A DNA stretch of 64,000 nt from Bryobacterales bacterium (GTDB lineage: Bacteria; Acidobacteriota; Terriglobia; Bryobacterales; Bryobacteraceae): positions 2,589 to 66,588 of the forward strand of contig DAIDHC010000036.1 of the NCBI GenBank assembly GCA_027452065.1, read 5' to 3'. The position numbers and the translations under genes were made by a program. The notes under the pieces were generated by a model. It did not search any database, was not told the origin of the DNA, and saw only the letters and a program-made list of their open reading frames with translations. Each line of letters begins with the position of its first letter. Position 1 is the stretch's first letter. Positions 23,537 to 33,405 of this stretch are shown in pieces.

Positions 23537-23730
23537 TGCAAGCTCCTTCCAACAACATGCCCCTGACGAGTTCATGCGATTCCCCTCGTGTTTTAGGGTC
23601 TGTTTCCGGAGGAGTGATGCACCGTGGAACACCCTGGATCTACACTATTGTGTGCTTCATACCCCTGTATTCACAGCCTCTCCAACTCGACGGGGTCCAT
23701 TCGATGACGGGGTTTGTCAGTAACGCCAGT

Positions 23731-24129
23731 TCAGGCACACGCGCCATGTCTTGCATCCTTGTTCGTGCGCCGTGGATCGCCAGGCCGCGGACTGATTTCG
23801 GGGCTCTCCAGCCCGGCGATCGCGTAGAGGAAATGGCCGCCCACGCTCCAAAGCGGCTTACGCTTCGTCATGCCCGTTGCCGGAGCCGTCCAAAGATGCT
23901 CGGATTGCCGCACCATGCAGTTCTGCGGTCCGGAAAGACAGTCGGCATTTTCGGTCAAGTGAAAGGACAGATTGCGCCGAAAATGAGCGATTCCGCCAAA
24001 GCGCCGCCGCAAACACTCAAGACCATCGATTCGCCACCGAACCCACGGCATGATGGACACCACGAATAGTCCTGGGCCCGCGATCCGAGTCGACCACATC
24101 CATCTGCGTTTCCCAACAGATCGCGCCAC
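23731..24129 (-). CDS. hypothetical protein (weak call)
   Basis: 132-aa ORF with no recognisable motif; Trp/Arg-rich. It may be non-coding. Confidence 0.25.
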   Translation of the reverse strand: MARSVGKRRWMWSTRIAGPGLFVVSIMPWVRWRIDGLECLRRRFGGIAHFRRNLSFHLTENADCLSGPQNCMVRQSEHLWTAPATGMTKRKPLWSVGGHFLYAIAGLESPEISPRPGDPRRTNKDARHGACA

Positions 24130-24190
24130 GTGCTACCGCAGCAAAACTAAGTCAGGCTCCGATTGGGCTCATCCATACATTGAGAGTCAA

Positions 24191-25057
24191 TTGGCCATTC
24201 GTCTGCCTGCCACAATTTGTTTGCTCACCGCACTCGGCGGGAGCGATCTGGTCAATTGCCAGGATCTGCCTCCGCAGAAGAGCCCTTCGGCCGTTCAGGC
24301 AGCCCCCCCCGTACCCTCGAGTTTCCGGGAGCAGGCTTCTCAGAACGCAGGGGCACCTTGCTTGGAACCTCCGCCCCTCCCGAGCATTAAGGACTATAAC
24401 GGACCAATGGCGAAGCTGGTTGGGCTGTTCGCTCGCACTCTCGAACGCAAGTCCGTCCACCGGCCCCGCTACAAGCCCGGCGTTGTCTTATGCGCGATGA
24501 AGCCTTGGGACAAGTTCATGCTCTTCGTTGATGATTCAACTGACCCGGTGACCTTTCTGTCGGCCGGATTTGATGCCGGAATGGACCAAGCCGCCGACCG
24601 TGATCCTACTTTCGGGCAAGGGGCCGAAGGGTACGGCAAGCGGTTCGGAGCAACCCTTACGGATCGCGTTTCATCCTCGTTCTTTAAGGATTTCGCCTAC
24701 CCGGCCATATTTGACGAGGACCCCCGTTACTACCGTCTTGGGCAAGGCAGCACGGGCGGGCGACTCCTTCACGCTGCCGAACACATGGTCGTCGCGCACC
24801 ACTCCGACGGAACACGCATGTTCAACTATTCGGAATGGTTGGGAACAGCCAGTGCAGTGGCACTGAACAATATCTATCATCCGGGTGAGGAACGCGGAGT
24901 CGGAGCCATGTCACTCAACATGGGATCCCGTCTCGCCTGGGATGTCGGATTTGATGTTCTGCGCGAGTTTTGGCCTGAAATAGCGCAAAAGTTCAAGCTG
25001 CCGTTCCGGGGTGCATCGAAGCCGGGAAGTCCACCGCCTGATTCCAACGGGCACTAG
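24191..25057 (+). CDS. secreted hypothetical protein
   Basis: ORF 24050..25057. The likely start is TTG 24191, giving the signal-like AIRLPATICLLTALGG. The core looks conserved (DPRYYRLGQG, YGKRFGATLTD). The start is uncertain. Confidence 0.55.
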   Translation: MAIRLPATICLLTALGGSDLVNCQDLPPQKSPSAVQAAPPVPSSFREQASQNAGAPCLEPPPLPSIKDYNGPMAKLVGLFARTLERKSVHRPRYKPGVVLCAMKPWDKFMLFVDDSTDPVTFLSAGFDAGMDQAADRDPTFGQGAEGYGKRFGATLTDRVSSSFFKDFAYPAIFDEDPRYYRLGQGSTGGRLLHAAEHMVVAHHSDGTRMFNYSEWLGTASAVALNNIYHPGEERGVGAMSLNMGSRLAWDVGFDVLREFWPEIAQKFKLPFRGASKPGSPPPDSNGH

Positions 25058-25178
25058 ACTCCGTGATCGCCGTAGTACGAAATTGCACCGGCATACTCAA
25101 GTGGCAGCGATCCGGTGGCACCGATCCGGTGACGCTCATCAGACCACCAACTCTGCCATTCGATCCCGAAACACAAAC

Positions 25179-27095
25179 TTAGAGCGCGCCCGGCAAGATC
25201 GCGATCGGTTCACCATCCCCGCCGTCGAGATAAAACCGGCATAGCGTTCGGATCGAATCGCTTGTGTCCGGCGCCTCGGCAATGCGCTTTAGTATGCTTT
25301 TGGCTTGCTCGGAACTAGAATTTCCGAGCGCCCGTAAGCAAGCGACGTACAGTCGCGCATCTTCTGTTCGCTCCAGCACTTGCGCGATGACCCGGGATGC
25401 TCGCGGACCTGCCTGAACCTCGCCGCCTAATGCCTCTACCGACTTGCGAATTTCATCCGTATTCCAAATCACCTCCGGCCGGGGACTCGAAGCCAGGACT
25501 TCACTGAGAAAACGAATGTGATAATCGATGCGCCGACGCGAGTCAACTTGGGCGCGGAGTGCAAGGTCTAGTTCGGCATGGACCCGAGGCCCTCGCGTGA
25601 AAAGGCGGCCGGCCGCGACCAGGATTCGCTGAGCGGTGGAACGGTTTTCATCTGCCGCCTCCTTTTGCCGGTCCCGGTTCAAGGTGGCCTGCAAGCCATT
25701 AGGGGACACGGCGGATCGGAGTAATGCTTGGTACTGCTTCCGCGCCCCGACTGCTTGGTCTGGTGCGGCATTTTCAACCGGGTTGACTGCCAGGTGCTCC
25801 AGCCGTCGAAGCAACTCAATCTTCAGCGCCGGGTCCAGCCTTGAATTTACGATCAAGGACTCATGTGCCTTCGCGTAGGCTTCGAGGCGCGCCTCGCTAT
25901 CGATGGGAGCGCCGTGCTTGGCACGGACGAAATTCAAAACCGAACCCGCCGCAAAGACCCATAGGCTGCTGAATCGGCTGACTCCAAGTATGCCGCTCAT
26001 AATCATAGCCGTCCCATGAGAGGCTAGCTCCCGCCGTTTTGGCTTAAGCCCGTCGCGAAAGTCGACCAACACCAATGGAACGCGCGGATATTCGAGACTA
26101 TAGAGGGCCAGGGGAATCATATCGAGACGCTTTCCGCCCGGCGTTGCCTCAGCGACAAAATGATTCTCACTATCGAGATATCGAGCTTGGGAGTAGCCGG
26201 TCCAGTTGATCAGCCGATCATCGGTCCATGGATTGGCGATCGTCAGAAATTGTCCGTTGAATTTATGTCCACGGCGCTCGGCCAGGTCATCACGAGCGAT
26301 CCATAACAACACTTCGCGGACTTCGCCGTCAGGCGTGGGGATGGGATCAAAGTAAAGACCGCACATCTCGGCACGTTGGCGAAGCAATTCCCAATTATGG
26401 TCGCGCGTCTGCTCAATCCGGAGCGTCTGCTTGTCGTAGAATCGCGTTAACGATTCTTCTCGAACCAGACCACCCAGCATCCGGCTCGAAAGACTCAATC
26501 TGGAATAGAGCTGGCGCAGATCAGGCTCCTCGATAAATGGCTGCCCCTCCTGCTCCCGCATGAGCCCTTCCATGGCACTGAGGGTTTGGAAAGTCTGAAA
26601 CCTGCGACCATCCCCAGCATTTCCACGATAAGAACGAGTAGACGATCGGATCACGGCGCCGAGGGGATCCAGCCACAGGACCTGAGCACCGTTACCCAGT
26701 AAATTCTTCCACACGCCCTTGGCTGGTGAGGCGAGATCCAAAACCGGTTTCGGAGGTTCGTTAGAATGCCGATTCTTTCGGAAGCGAAAGTACGTAAACG
26801 GCAGCGCTGACACAAGTCTCTGCGCCGCGCTTGGGCGACTGCTGGTCAGGATCCAGACATACCGAAGGCGATCGTTCTCGGGAACATCGTCACCGAGAGT
26901 GTCGCGCAAGACACTGACCAGCGGTACGTCGTCCGTGCCCTCCTGGCTCCGGATAATAGTCAGAAGGTCAGCCCCACCAGCCACTGGCGTTCGCTCGACT
27001 CGGTAATTCGGTGCGGGTTGGGCCCGAGCCGCGGACGACATGAGGAGCACCACGAGCGCAACCCCCACAAAACCGACCGCTTTGTCCACGACCAT
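25179..27095 (-). CDS. large hypothetical protein with signal peptide, central hydrophobic segment and helical-repeat C-terminus
   Basis: 638 aa. N-terminal VALVVLLMSSAARAQ, hydrophobic stretch AMIMSGILGVSRFSSLWVFAAGSVL, and a HEAT-like C-terminus (YVACLRALGNSSSEQAKSILKRIAE). Confidence 0.7.
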   Translation of the reverse strand: MVVDKAVGFVGVALVVLLMSSAARAQPAPNYRVERTPVAGGADLLTIIRSQEGTDDVPLVSVLRDTLGDDVPENDRLRYVWILTSSRPSAAQRLVSALPFTYFRFRKNRHSNEPPKPVLDLASPAKGVWKNLLGNGAQVLWLDPLGAVIRSSTRSYRGNAGDGRRFQTFQTLSAMEGLMREQEGQPFIEEPDLRQLYSRLSLSSRMLGGLVREESLTRFYDKQTLRIEQTRDHNWELLRQRAEMCGLYFDPIPTPDGEVREVLLWIARDDLAERRGHKFNGQFLTIANPWTDDRLINWTGYSQARYLDSENHFVAEATPGGKRLDMIPLALYSLEYPRVPLVLVDFRDGLKPKRRELASHGTAMIMSGILGVSRFSSLWVFAAGSVLNFVRAKHGAPIDSEARLEAYAKAHESLIVNSRLDPALKIELLRRLEHLAVNPVENAAPDQAVGARKQYQALLRSAVSPNGLQATLNRDRQKEAADENRSTAQRILVAAGRLFTRGPRVHAELDLALRAQVDSRRRIDYHIRFLSEVLASSPRPEVIWNTDEIRKSVEALGGEVQAGPRASRVIAQVLERTEDARLYVACLRALGNSSSEQAKSILKRIAEAPDTSDSIRTLCRFYLDGGDGEPIAILPGAL

Positions 27096-27405
27096 GGTTC
27101 CACTCCCGGGCTGGTAGACGCATCTGCGACTGCGCCGGCGGCACCCTTCGTTGGAGTGATTCGGAGGTTTCGACCACGGATCTGTTTTGTTTGCTTTTGG
27201 ATAACTTGGTCTGCGACAAAAAGAATAAATCTCTCGGTCGAGTCAGCGCATCGCCATGCTGTCAGCGGCGGAGTGAGAGTGTCCTCGTGCGGCGGAAGAA
27301 AGGGGGAATTTCGGCTGCTCCCAGGTCTTTGGCGTACAGCCGCCGAGGCGGAGAAAAACTGCGGACTGAAACAATTCACCCATGTGTCCGGACCGGACAC
27401 CAACA

Positions 27406-27483
<78 letters not shown>

Positions 27484-27547
27484 GCAGTGCGGAAGGCCAA
27501 CGTTTCAATTACACCAAAGGCGCGCCGATGGTGTCAAATAGAAGCTT

Positions 27548-28798
27548 ATGGCTCGCCTCCCTTGGCTCTTCGCTGTCCTCGCTTCTCTTGCCGCGCTTCC
27601 CTCGTTCGCCCAGCCGAACTTTTACCTCAAGGACGGCGACACTGTCGTCTTCTACGGTGACAGCATCACCGACCAGCGGCTCTACACCGCCTTCACCGAA
27701 ACCTACACCGTGACTCGCTTCCCGCATCTGCGCGTCCGCTTCGTCCACTCCGGATGGGGCGGTGATCGCGTCACCGGCGGCGGCGGCGGCCCCATCGACC
27801 TCCGTCTCCGCCGCGATGTTATTCCATTCCGTCCCACGGTGGTCACCATCATGCTCGGCATGAACGACGGCCACTACCGCTCCTATGACGACGCGATCTT
27901 CGACCAGTTCGCCAACGGCTACCGGGGCATCGTCTCGTCCCTCCGTACCGCTCTTCCCGATCTCCGCATCACCGCCATCGAGCCGTCCCCTTACGACGAC
28001 GTCACCCGCAAGCCGCTTTTCGAAGGCGGCTACAACGCCGTCCTGGTTCGCTACGGCCAGTTCATCGCAGGCCTTGCCTCGTCTCAACATCTGGATCTCG
28101 CCGATCTCAATTCGCCCGTTACCGCGATGCTCGCCCGCGCCGACGCCTCGAACCCCGCTCTCGCCCAGAAAATTCTTCCCGACCGCGTCCATCCCGGCCC
28201 CGGCGGCCACCTCATCATGGCCGAGGCCCTTCTCAAAGCCTGGAACGCCCCCGCCCTGGTCAGCGACGTGTCTCTCGATGCCGCTCGGACGACGCCGGTT
28301 CGCTCAACCAACGCCACTATTTCCTCGATCAGCCGCGACGGTGGCTTGCATTGGAGCGAAACCGACCAGGCGCTTCCGATGCCGGTGGACTGGAAGGATG
28401 AAGCCGCCGCCCTCGCCGTCCACTCATCCGATTTCCTCGACGCCCTCGACCGCGAGATGCTCACCGTCACTGGCCTCGAGGCGGGCCGCTACACCCTGAA
28501 GATCGACGATTCGCCGGCCGGCACTTTCACTTCCGACCAACTGAGCGCCGGCATCAACCTCGCCGCCTACGACACCCCGATGTCGCGCCAGGCCGCTACC
28601 GTCCACTCCTTCACCGTCAAGCACAACGCCATTCACTTCGCCCGCTGGCGCAGTGTCCAGGTTCCGCTCGATGGCGAAGGATTCGACGACGCCGCGGCCG
28701 AATCCGCTCTCGACCACCTCGAAGATCAGGTCATCGCCGCCCAGCGCATGGCCGCCCAGCCCAGGGATCATCATTACGACCTGGTGCGCGAGCCATGA
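27548..28798 (+). CDS. secreted SGNH/GDSL hydrolase family protein
   Basis: Signal peptide, block I VVFYGDSITD and block III MLGMNDG. Confidence 0.85.
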   Translation: MARLPWLFAVLASLAALPSFAQPNFYLKDGDTVVFYGDSITDQRLYTAFTETYTVTRFPHLRVRFVHSGWGGDRVTGGGGGPIDLRLRRDVIPFRPTVVTIMLGMNDGHYRSYDDAIFDQFANGYRGIVSSLRTALPDLRITAIEPSPYDDVTRKPLFEGGYNAVLVRYGQFIAGLASSQHLDLADLNSPVTAMLARADASNPALAQKILPDRVHPGPGGHLIMAEALLKAWNAPALVSDVSLDAARTTPVRSTNATISSISRDGGLHWSETDQALPMPVDWKDEAAALAVHSSDFLDALDREMLTVTGLEAGRYTLKIDDSPAGTFTSDQLSAGINLAAYDTPMSRQAATVHSFTVKHNAIHFARWRSVQVPLDGEGFDDAAAESALDHLEDQVIAAQRMAAQPRDHHYDLVREP

Positions 28799-29634
28799 CC
28801 TTTGACGTCTCGCACCCTGAGGTGCAGGCGATTCTCGACGCCGCGCTCGCCGAAGACATCGGCACCGGCGACATCACCTCGTCGCTCTGCGTTCCCGCCG
28901 GTAAGCTCGCCTCCGGCCGCTTCGTGGCACGCCAGAGCATGATCGTCGCCGGAGTCGAGTTGCTCGAGCCCATCTATCGCCGCCGCGGCTCACTTGGGCG
29001 CCTTGACGTCCGCGTAGCCAGCGCTACCCGCGTCAACGACGGCGATGAAATTGCCAAGGCCGAGGGCGATGCGCGTACGCTGCTCGAGTGCGAGCGTGTG
29101 GCCCTCAACTTTCTCCAGCGCCTGAGCGGCGTTGCCACGCTGGCCGGCCAATATTGCGACCGCGTCGCCGGGACAGCCTGCCGCATTCTCGACACCCGCA
29201 AGACCACTCCCGGACTGCGGCGCCTCGAAAAAATGGCCGCCTCCGCCGGCGGCGCCGTCAATCACCGCCTCGGACTTTTCGACGCCGTGCTGATCAAGAA
29301 CAATCACATTACCGCGGCCGGCGGCATCCGCTCGGCCCTCGAACGCACCCGCAACGCCGGCGTGCCGGTGGAGATCGAAGTGCGCAGCCTCGCCGAGATC
29401 GACGAAGCTCTGAGCTGTGGCGCCAGCCGGCTGTTGCTCGACAATTTCACGCCCGCCGATGCGGCCGCCGCCATTCGCTTCATCGCCGGCCGCGCCAGCG
29501 TCGAGATCTCCGGAGGCGTCACGCTCGACACCGTCCGCGCCTACGCGCTCACCGGCGCCGACTTCATCTCCTGCGGCGCCATAACCCATTCCGCTCCCGC
29601 CGTGGACATTAATTTCCACCTCGATCTTCGCTGA
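28795..29634 (+). CDS. nadC: nicotinate-nucleotide diphosphorylase (carboxylating)
   Basis: Motifs TRKTTPGLR, IKNNHI and LLDNF. ATGA overlap with the upstream gene. Confidence 0.92.
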   Translation: MTFDVSHPEVQAILDAALAEDIGTGDITSSLCVPAGKLASGRFVARQSMIVAGVELLEPIYRRRGSLGRLDVRVASATRVNDGDEIAKAEGDARTLLECERVALNFLQRLSGVATLAGQYCDRVAGTACRILDTRKTTPGLRRLEKMAASAGGAVNHRLGLFDAVLIKNNHITAAGGIRSALERTRNAGVPVEIEVRSLAEIDEALSCGASRLLLDNFTPADAAAAIRFIAGRASVEISGGVTLDTVRAYALTGADFISCGAITHSAPAVDINFHLDLR

Positions 29635-29636
29635 AA

Positions 29637-30392
29637 ATGCCTCTGGACTTGGACTGGATTCGCGCCCGCTTCCCCGGGCGGCACATCGAATGGCGGGATA
29701 CCACCGCCTCCACCATGCGCGACGCTTCCGCGCTCGCCGCCTCCGGATGCGCCTCAGGCACGGTCGCCGGCGCCGACCAACAGACCGCGGGCCAGGGCCG
29801 CCTCGGGCGAAGCTGGCACTCGGAGAAGGAAGCGGGCCTGTATCTTTCCATCGCCCTCCGCCTTGGCCTCCCGCCTTCGCGCCTCCCTGTCCTCACCCTG
29901 GCCCTCGGGCTCGCCGTCGCCGATGCCGTAGCCAAAACCACCGATCTTGTCTGCGACCTCCGCTGGCCGAACGATCTCCTCATCGGCGGCAGAAAGTGCT
30001 GCGGCATCCTCACCCAACTCGAGGGTGAGGCCGTCATCGCCGGCATCGGCATCAACGTCAATCATTCCGCCTTTCCCGATCCCATCGCCCGTCTCGCCAC
30101 CTCGCTGCGCCTTGCCTCCGGCCGCAGTCTTCCCCGCGAGCCTCTGCTCGCCGCGCTGCTTCAGTCCGTCGATTCTCACACCGCTCTACTCGAACACGAC
30201 GGTCCGCAGGCCATCCTCGATATGTTCTCCCACGCCTCCAGCTACGTCTCCGGCCGCCGCGTCACCGTCGAACAGGAAGGCGGCGTGCTCACCGGCACCA
30301 CCGCCGGCCTCGATCCCTCCGGATTCCTTGTGCTCCGCCAGGACGACGGCCGGCGCACCCTCATCCTTGCCGGCGGCGTCCGTCCGGTTTAA
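29637..30392 (+). CDS. birA: biotin-[acetyl-CoA-carboxylase] ligase (no N-terminal HTH)
   Basis: Motifs QTAGQGRLGRSWHS and KWPND-like RWPNDLL. Confidence 0.88.
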   Translation: MPLDLDWIRARFPGRHIEWRDTTASTMRDASALAASGCASGTVAGADQQTAGQGRLGRSWHSEKEAGLYLSIALRLGLPPSRLPVLTLALGLAVADAVAKTTDLVCDLRWPNDLLIGGRKCCGILTQLEGEAVIAGIGINVNHSAFPDPIARLATSLRLASGRSLPREPLLAALLQSVDSHTALLEHDGPQAILDMFSHASSYVSGRRVTVEQEGGVLTGTTAGLDPSGFLVLRQDDGRRTLILAGGVRPV

Positions 30393-30433
30393 CTCCCCGC
30401 TGTGGTTGGGCTACCCTGAAGCTGGGGATAACA

Positions 30434-31204
30434 ATGCTTCTGGCCCTGGATGTAGGAAATACCAATGTCACCATCGGTGCCTTCGAGGGCCGCAAGCTCA
30501 GCAGCCGTTGGCGGCTCAGCACCGTGCACGAGCAGACCGCCGACGAATGGGGCGTTCTCCTGCGGAACCTGTTCTCACTCTCCTCGCTCGATCTGGGCAA
30601 GGTGCACGGCATCATCGTTGCCAGCGTCGTCCCGCCTCTCGACGCGCAACTGGCCATGATGGCCCGCCGTTACTTTCAGACCGAGGCCCTCTTTGTCGGC
30701 GCCGACACCGACACCGGCCTGAAGATCCTCTACGACAATCCCCGCGACGTAGGCGCCGACCGCATCGTCAACAGCGTCGCCGCCTTCCATCACTATGGCG
30801 GTCCCTGCGTCGTGGTTGATCTCGGCACCGCCATCACCTTCGACGCGATTTCCGCCAACGCCGAATACCTCGGCGGCGTCATCTGCCCCGGCATCGGCAT
30901 CGCTATCGGCGGCCTCTTCACCAAAACTGCCCGCCTTCCCATGGTAGATTTCCGGGCCCCCGCGCGTCTCATCGGCTCCAATACCGTCGACAGCATACAG
31001 TCCGGCTTGTACTACGGCTTCATCGGTCTCATCGACGGTATCATCGAGCGCCTGACAGCCGAGCTCGGCCCGCATACAAAAACCGTTGCCACCGGCGGCC
31101 AGGCCTCTCTCATCCAGTCGGCCTCTAAGTACCTGGGCATTGTCAACGAGGACCTGACCCTCCAGGGCCTTCAATTGATCTGGGAGCGCAATCGCAAACA
31201 GTGA
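30434..31204 (+). CDS. coaX: type III pantothenate kinase
   Basis: Motifs MLLALDVGNTN and GADRIVN, with birA-coaX synteny. Confidence 0.92.
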   Translation: MLLALDVGNTNVTIGAFEGRKLSSRWRLSTVHEQTADEWGVLLRNLFSLSSLDLGKVHGIIVASVVPPLDAQLAMMARRYFQTEALFVGADTDTGLKILYDNPRDVGADRIVNSVAAFHHYGGPCVVVDLGTAITFDAISANAEYLGGVICPGIGIAIGGLFTKTARLPMVDFRAPARLIGSNTVDSIQSGLYYGFIGLIDGIIERLTAELGPHTKTVATGGQASLIQSASKYLGIVNEDLTLQGLQLIWERNRKQ

Positions 31205-31893
31205 CCGCTAACGACGAACCCTGGCACGGCCTGAACTACTTCAACTACTTCACTGAGGTCGAAGAACATTTCCAGCGCGCCCGCGGAACCGGCCTGTTCC
31301 TTCTCTCTCCACTCGACTGGGCGCTCATCGAAACCTGGAAATCCGCCGGCGTGCCGCTCGAGGCCGTCCTTCGCGGCATCGATGCGGCCTTCGAGAAATG
31401 GCGCTCGCGCAGGCAGCGAACTCAAGCTGTGAACTCTCTCGCTTACTGCGCTCAGGCCGTCATGCGCGAGGCCGAGGCCATGGCCGGTGTCGCCTCCGCC
31501 GCGCCTCGGCCCGAAGCCGCTCCACCGTTCAGCCTCGAAGATCTCCAACACCACCTTCTCACCGTCGCCGGAAAACTCGCCCCCCTGCCCGGCTTTGAGG
31601 AAATCGCCGCCTCTCTTCACCGCCTCCACGCCACCGCCGCCGATGAATTCGCCGATCTCGAGCAACTCGAACAGCGGCTCACCGCTCTGGAGCAGAAAAT
31701 GGCCGCCATCGCCCGCGCCGGCCAGACCGAAGATCAACTCTTCCTCGCCCGCCGCGATCTCGATACCCAACTCAAGCCATACCGCGGAAAAATGACCGCC
31801 CCGCAGCTCGATATGCTCGAACGCCAGTTCCTCGAACGCCGCCTCTTCGAGGACGCCGGCCTGCCCCGCCTCAGCCTCTTTTACCTGCGCTGA
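31201..31893 (+). CDS. hypothetical protein with a DnaD/DnaB_2-like N-terminal domain and a coiled-coil C-terminus
   Basis: GTGA overlap with the coaX stop. YFTEVEEHFQRARGTGLFLLSPLDWALIETWKSAGVPLEAVLRGIDAAFE follows the DnaD-domain pattern. Confidence 0.65.
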   Translation: MTANDEPWHGLNYFNYFTEVEEHFQRARGTGLFLLSPLDWALIETWKSAGVPLEAVLRGIDAAFEKWRSRRQRTQAVNSLAYCAQAVMREAEAMAGVASAAPRPEAAPPFSLEDLQHHLLTVAGKLAPLPGFEEIAASLHRLHATAADEFADLEQLEQRLTALEQKMAAIARAGQTEDQLFLARRDLDTQLKPYRGKMTAPQLDMLERQFLERRLFEDAGLPRLSLFYLR

Positions 31894-31920
31894 CACCCGC
31901 CTGATGGTACACTCGCTCGG

Positions 31921-33177
31921 GTGACCCCGATCTCCACCGTCACGCCCTCCCGCGCCGGAGACAGACTCCGCTGGGTCATGCTCGGCCTGCTCGTCGTCTC
32001 CATTTCCATCAACTACATCGACCGCGGCAATCTCTCCGTCGGCGCCCACGAGATCAGCCGCGAAATCCCCTTCACTCCCTCCGGCGAGGGCCTTCTTTTC
32101 TCGGCCTTCTTCTGGAGCTATTCCATCTGCCTCTTCCTCTCCGGCCTCGTCATCGACCGGTTTCCCGTCACCAAACTTTACGCCGCCGGCTATCTGCTCT
32201 GGTCCCTGGCCACGATGCTCACCGCCGGAGCATTCAACTTTGTCTCGCTCTTCTCTCTCCGCCTCCTGCTCGGCGTCGGCGAGTCCGTTGCCTATCCCTG
32301 TTATTCAAAAATCCTCGCTTCCCGCTTCGTCGAGTCTGAGCGCGGCTTCGCCAACGCGTGGCTCGATGCCGGCTCCAAGTCCGGTCCCGCCTTCGGCGTT
32401 CTTCTCGGGGGCCTGATGGTCGAACACTGGGGATGGCGTGGCATGTTTCTCGTTCTCGGAGCCGCGAGCCTTTTGTGGCTGATCCCCTGGACTGTCACCG
32501 CGCGCCGCCTCTCCCCGCCTCCCCGCCCGACCGTTTCCGTAGCAGGCCCCCCACCCTCGGTCCGCGCCATCCTGGGATGCCGCGCCGCTTGGGCAACTTT
32601 CCTGGGGCTGTTCTGCTCCAACTACGCCTGGTATTTCCTCCTCACATGGCTCCCGCCGTACCTCGTCATGGAGCGTCATTATTCCACCCACGCCATGGCC
32701 ATCTTCGGATCACTGCCGTTTTGGGGCGTCGCCGCCTCATCCCTCTTCGGCGGCTGGCTTTCCGATCATCTCATCCGCGGCGGCGCCGATCCCTCCCGCG
32801 TCCGCAAACGCTTCACCGGCGGCGGCCTGCTGGTCTCCTTTCTCGTGCTCCCCGCGTTTCTGGCCCACAACAACGCCATCTCCCTCGCCCTTCTCATCGC
32901 CGCATGCCTCTCGTTCGGCATGTATAGCTCCAACGTCTGGGCCATCACCCAAACCCTGGCCGGGCGCCAGGCCGCCGGCAAGTGGACCGGCCTCCAGAAC
33001 GGATTCGGCAATCTCGCCGGCATTGCCGCACCTTACATCACCGGCCAGATCGTCGGCCGCACAGGATCGTTCTATTGGGCTTTCGCCGTCGTCGCAACCA
33101 TCGCCGTCCTCGGCAGCGGCTGCTACTTCTGGCTGGCAGGCGACATCCGGGAAATCGAATGGGCCGGGCGAGCCTGA
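31921..33177 (+). CDS. MFS transporter (anion:cation symporter-like)
   Basis: 12-TM pattern with NYIDRGNLSVG at TM1. Confidence 0.85.
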   Translation: MTPISTVTPSRAGDRLRWVMLGLLVVSISINYIDRGNLSVGAHEISREIPFTPSGEGLLFSAFFWSYSICLFLSGLVIDRFPVTKLYAAGYLLWSLATMLTAGAFNFVSLFSLRLLLGVGESVAYPCYSKILASRFVESERGFANAWLDAGSKSGPAFGVLLGGLMVEHWGWRGMFLVLGAASLLWLIPWTVTARRLSPPPRPTVSVAGPPPSVRAILGCRAAWATFLGLFCSNYAWYFLLTWLPPYLVMERHYSTHAMAIFGSLPFWGVAASSLFGGWLSDHLIRGGADPSRVRKRFTGGGLLVSFLVLPAFLAHNNAISLALLIAACLSFGMYSSNVWAITQTLAGRQAAGKWTGLQNGFGNLAGIAAPYITGQIVGRTGSFYWAFAVVATIAVLGSGCYFWLAGDIREIEWAGRA

Positions 33178-33309
33178 GGTTCTTCAAAATTGGTATGATT
33201 GAAATACGGTACGAGTTACCGATTCGTCATTTTGAATTGCGGACGTAACCTTTCGTTTTGAGGTGGCGTCTGTGTAAAGTGGCTCTGGCTGCTAACGCGC
33301 TGGGGTCAG

Positions 33310-33354
33310 CCGGTGAGCATCCTCCTCCGAATGCTCACCGGCTTTGATTTTTTC
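33310..33354 (+). terminator. Rho-independent terminator
   Basis: CCGGTGAGCAT (33310-33320) pairs with ATGCTCACCGG (33331-33341), followed by CTTTGATTTTTT. Confidence 0.6.
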
Positions 33355-33405
33355 TAGCCCAAACGCTCATTCCCCGCACATTTTGCAAAACGAAGCCACC
33401 CGCGA

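Noticed and set aside
27509-28210. 233-aa minus-strand ORF and plus-strand ORF 27018-27713 around the tRNA
   Set aside because: One crosses the tRNA gene, and both overlap the SGNH hydrolase gene in non-coding-like frames. No motifs were found.
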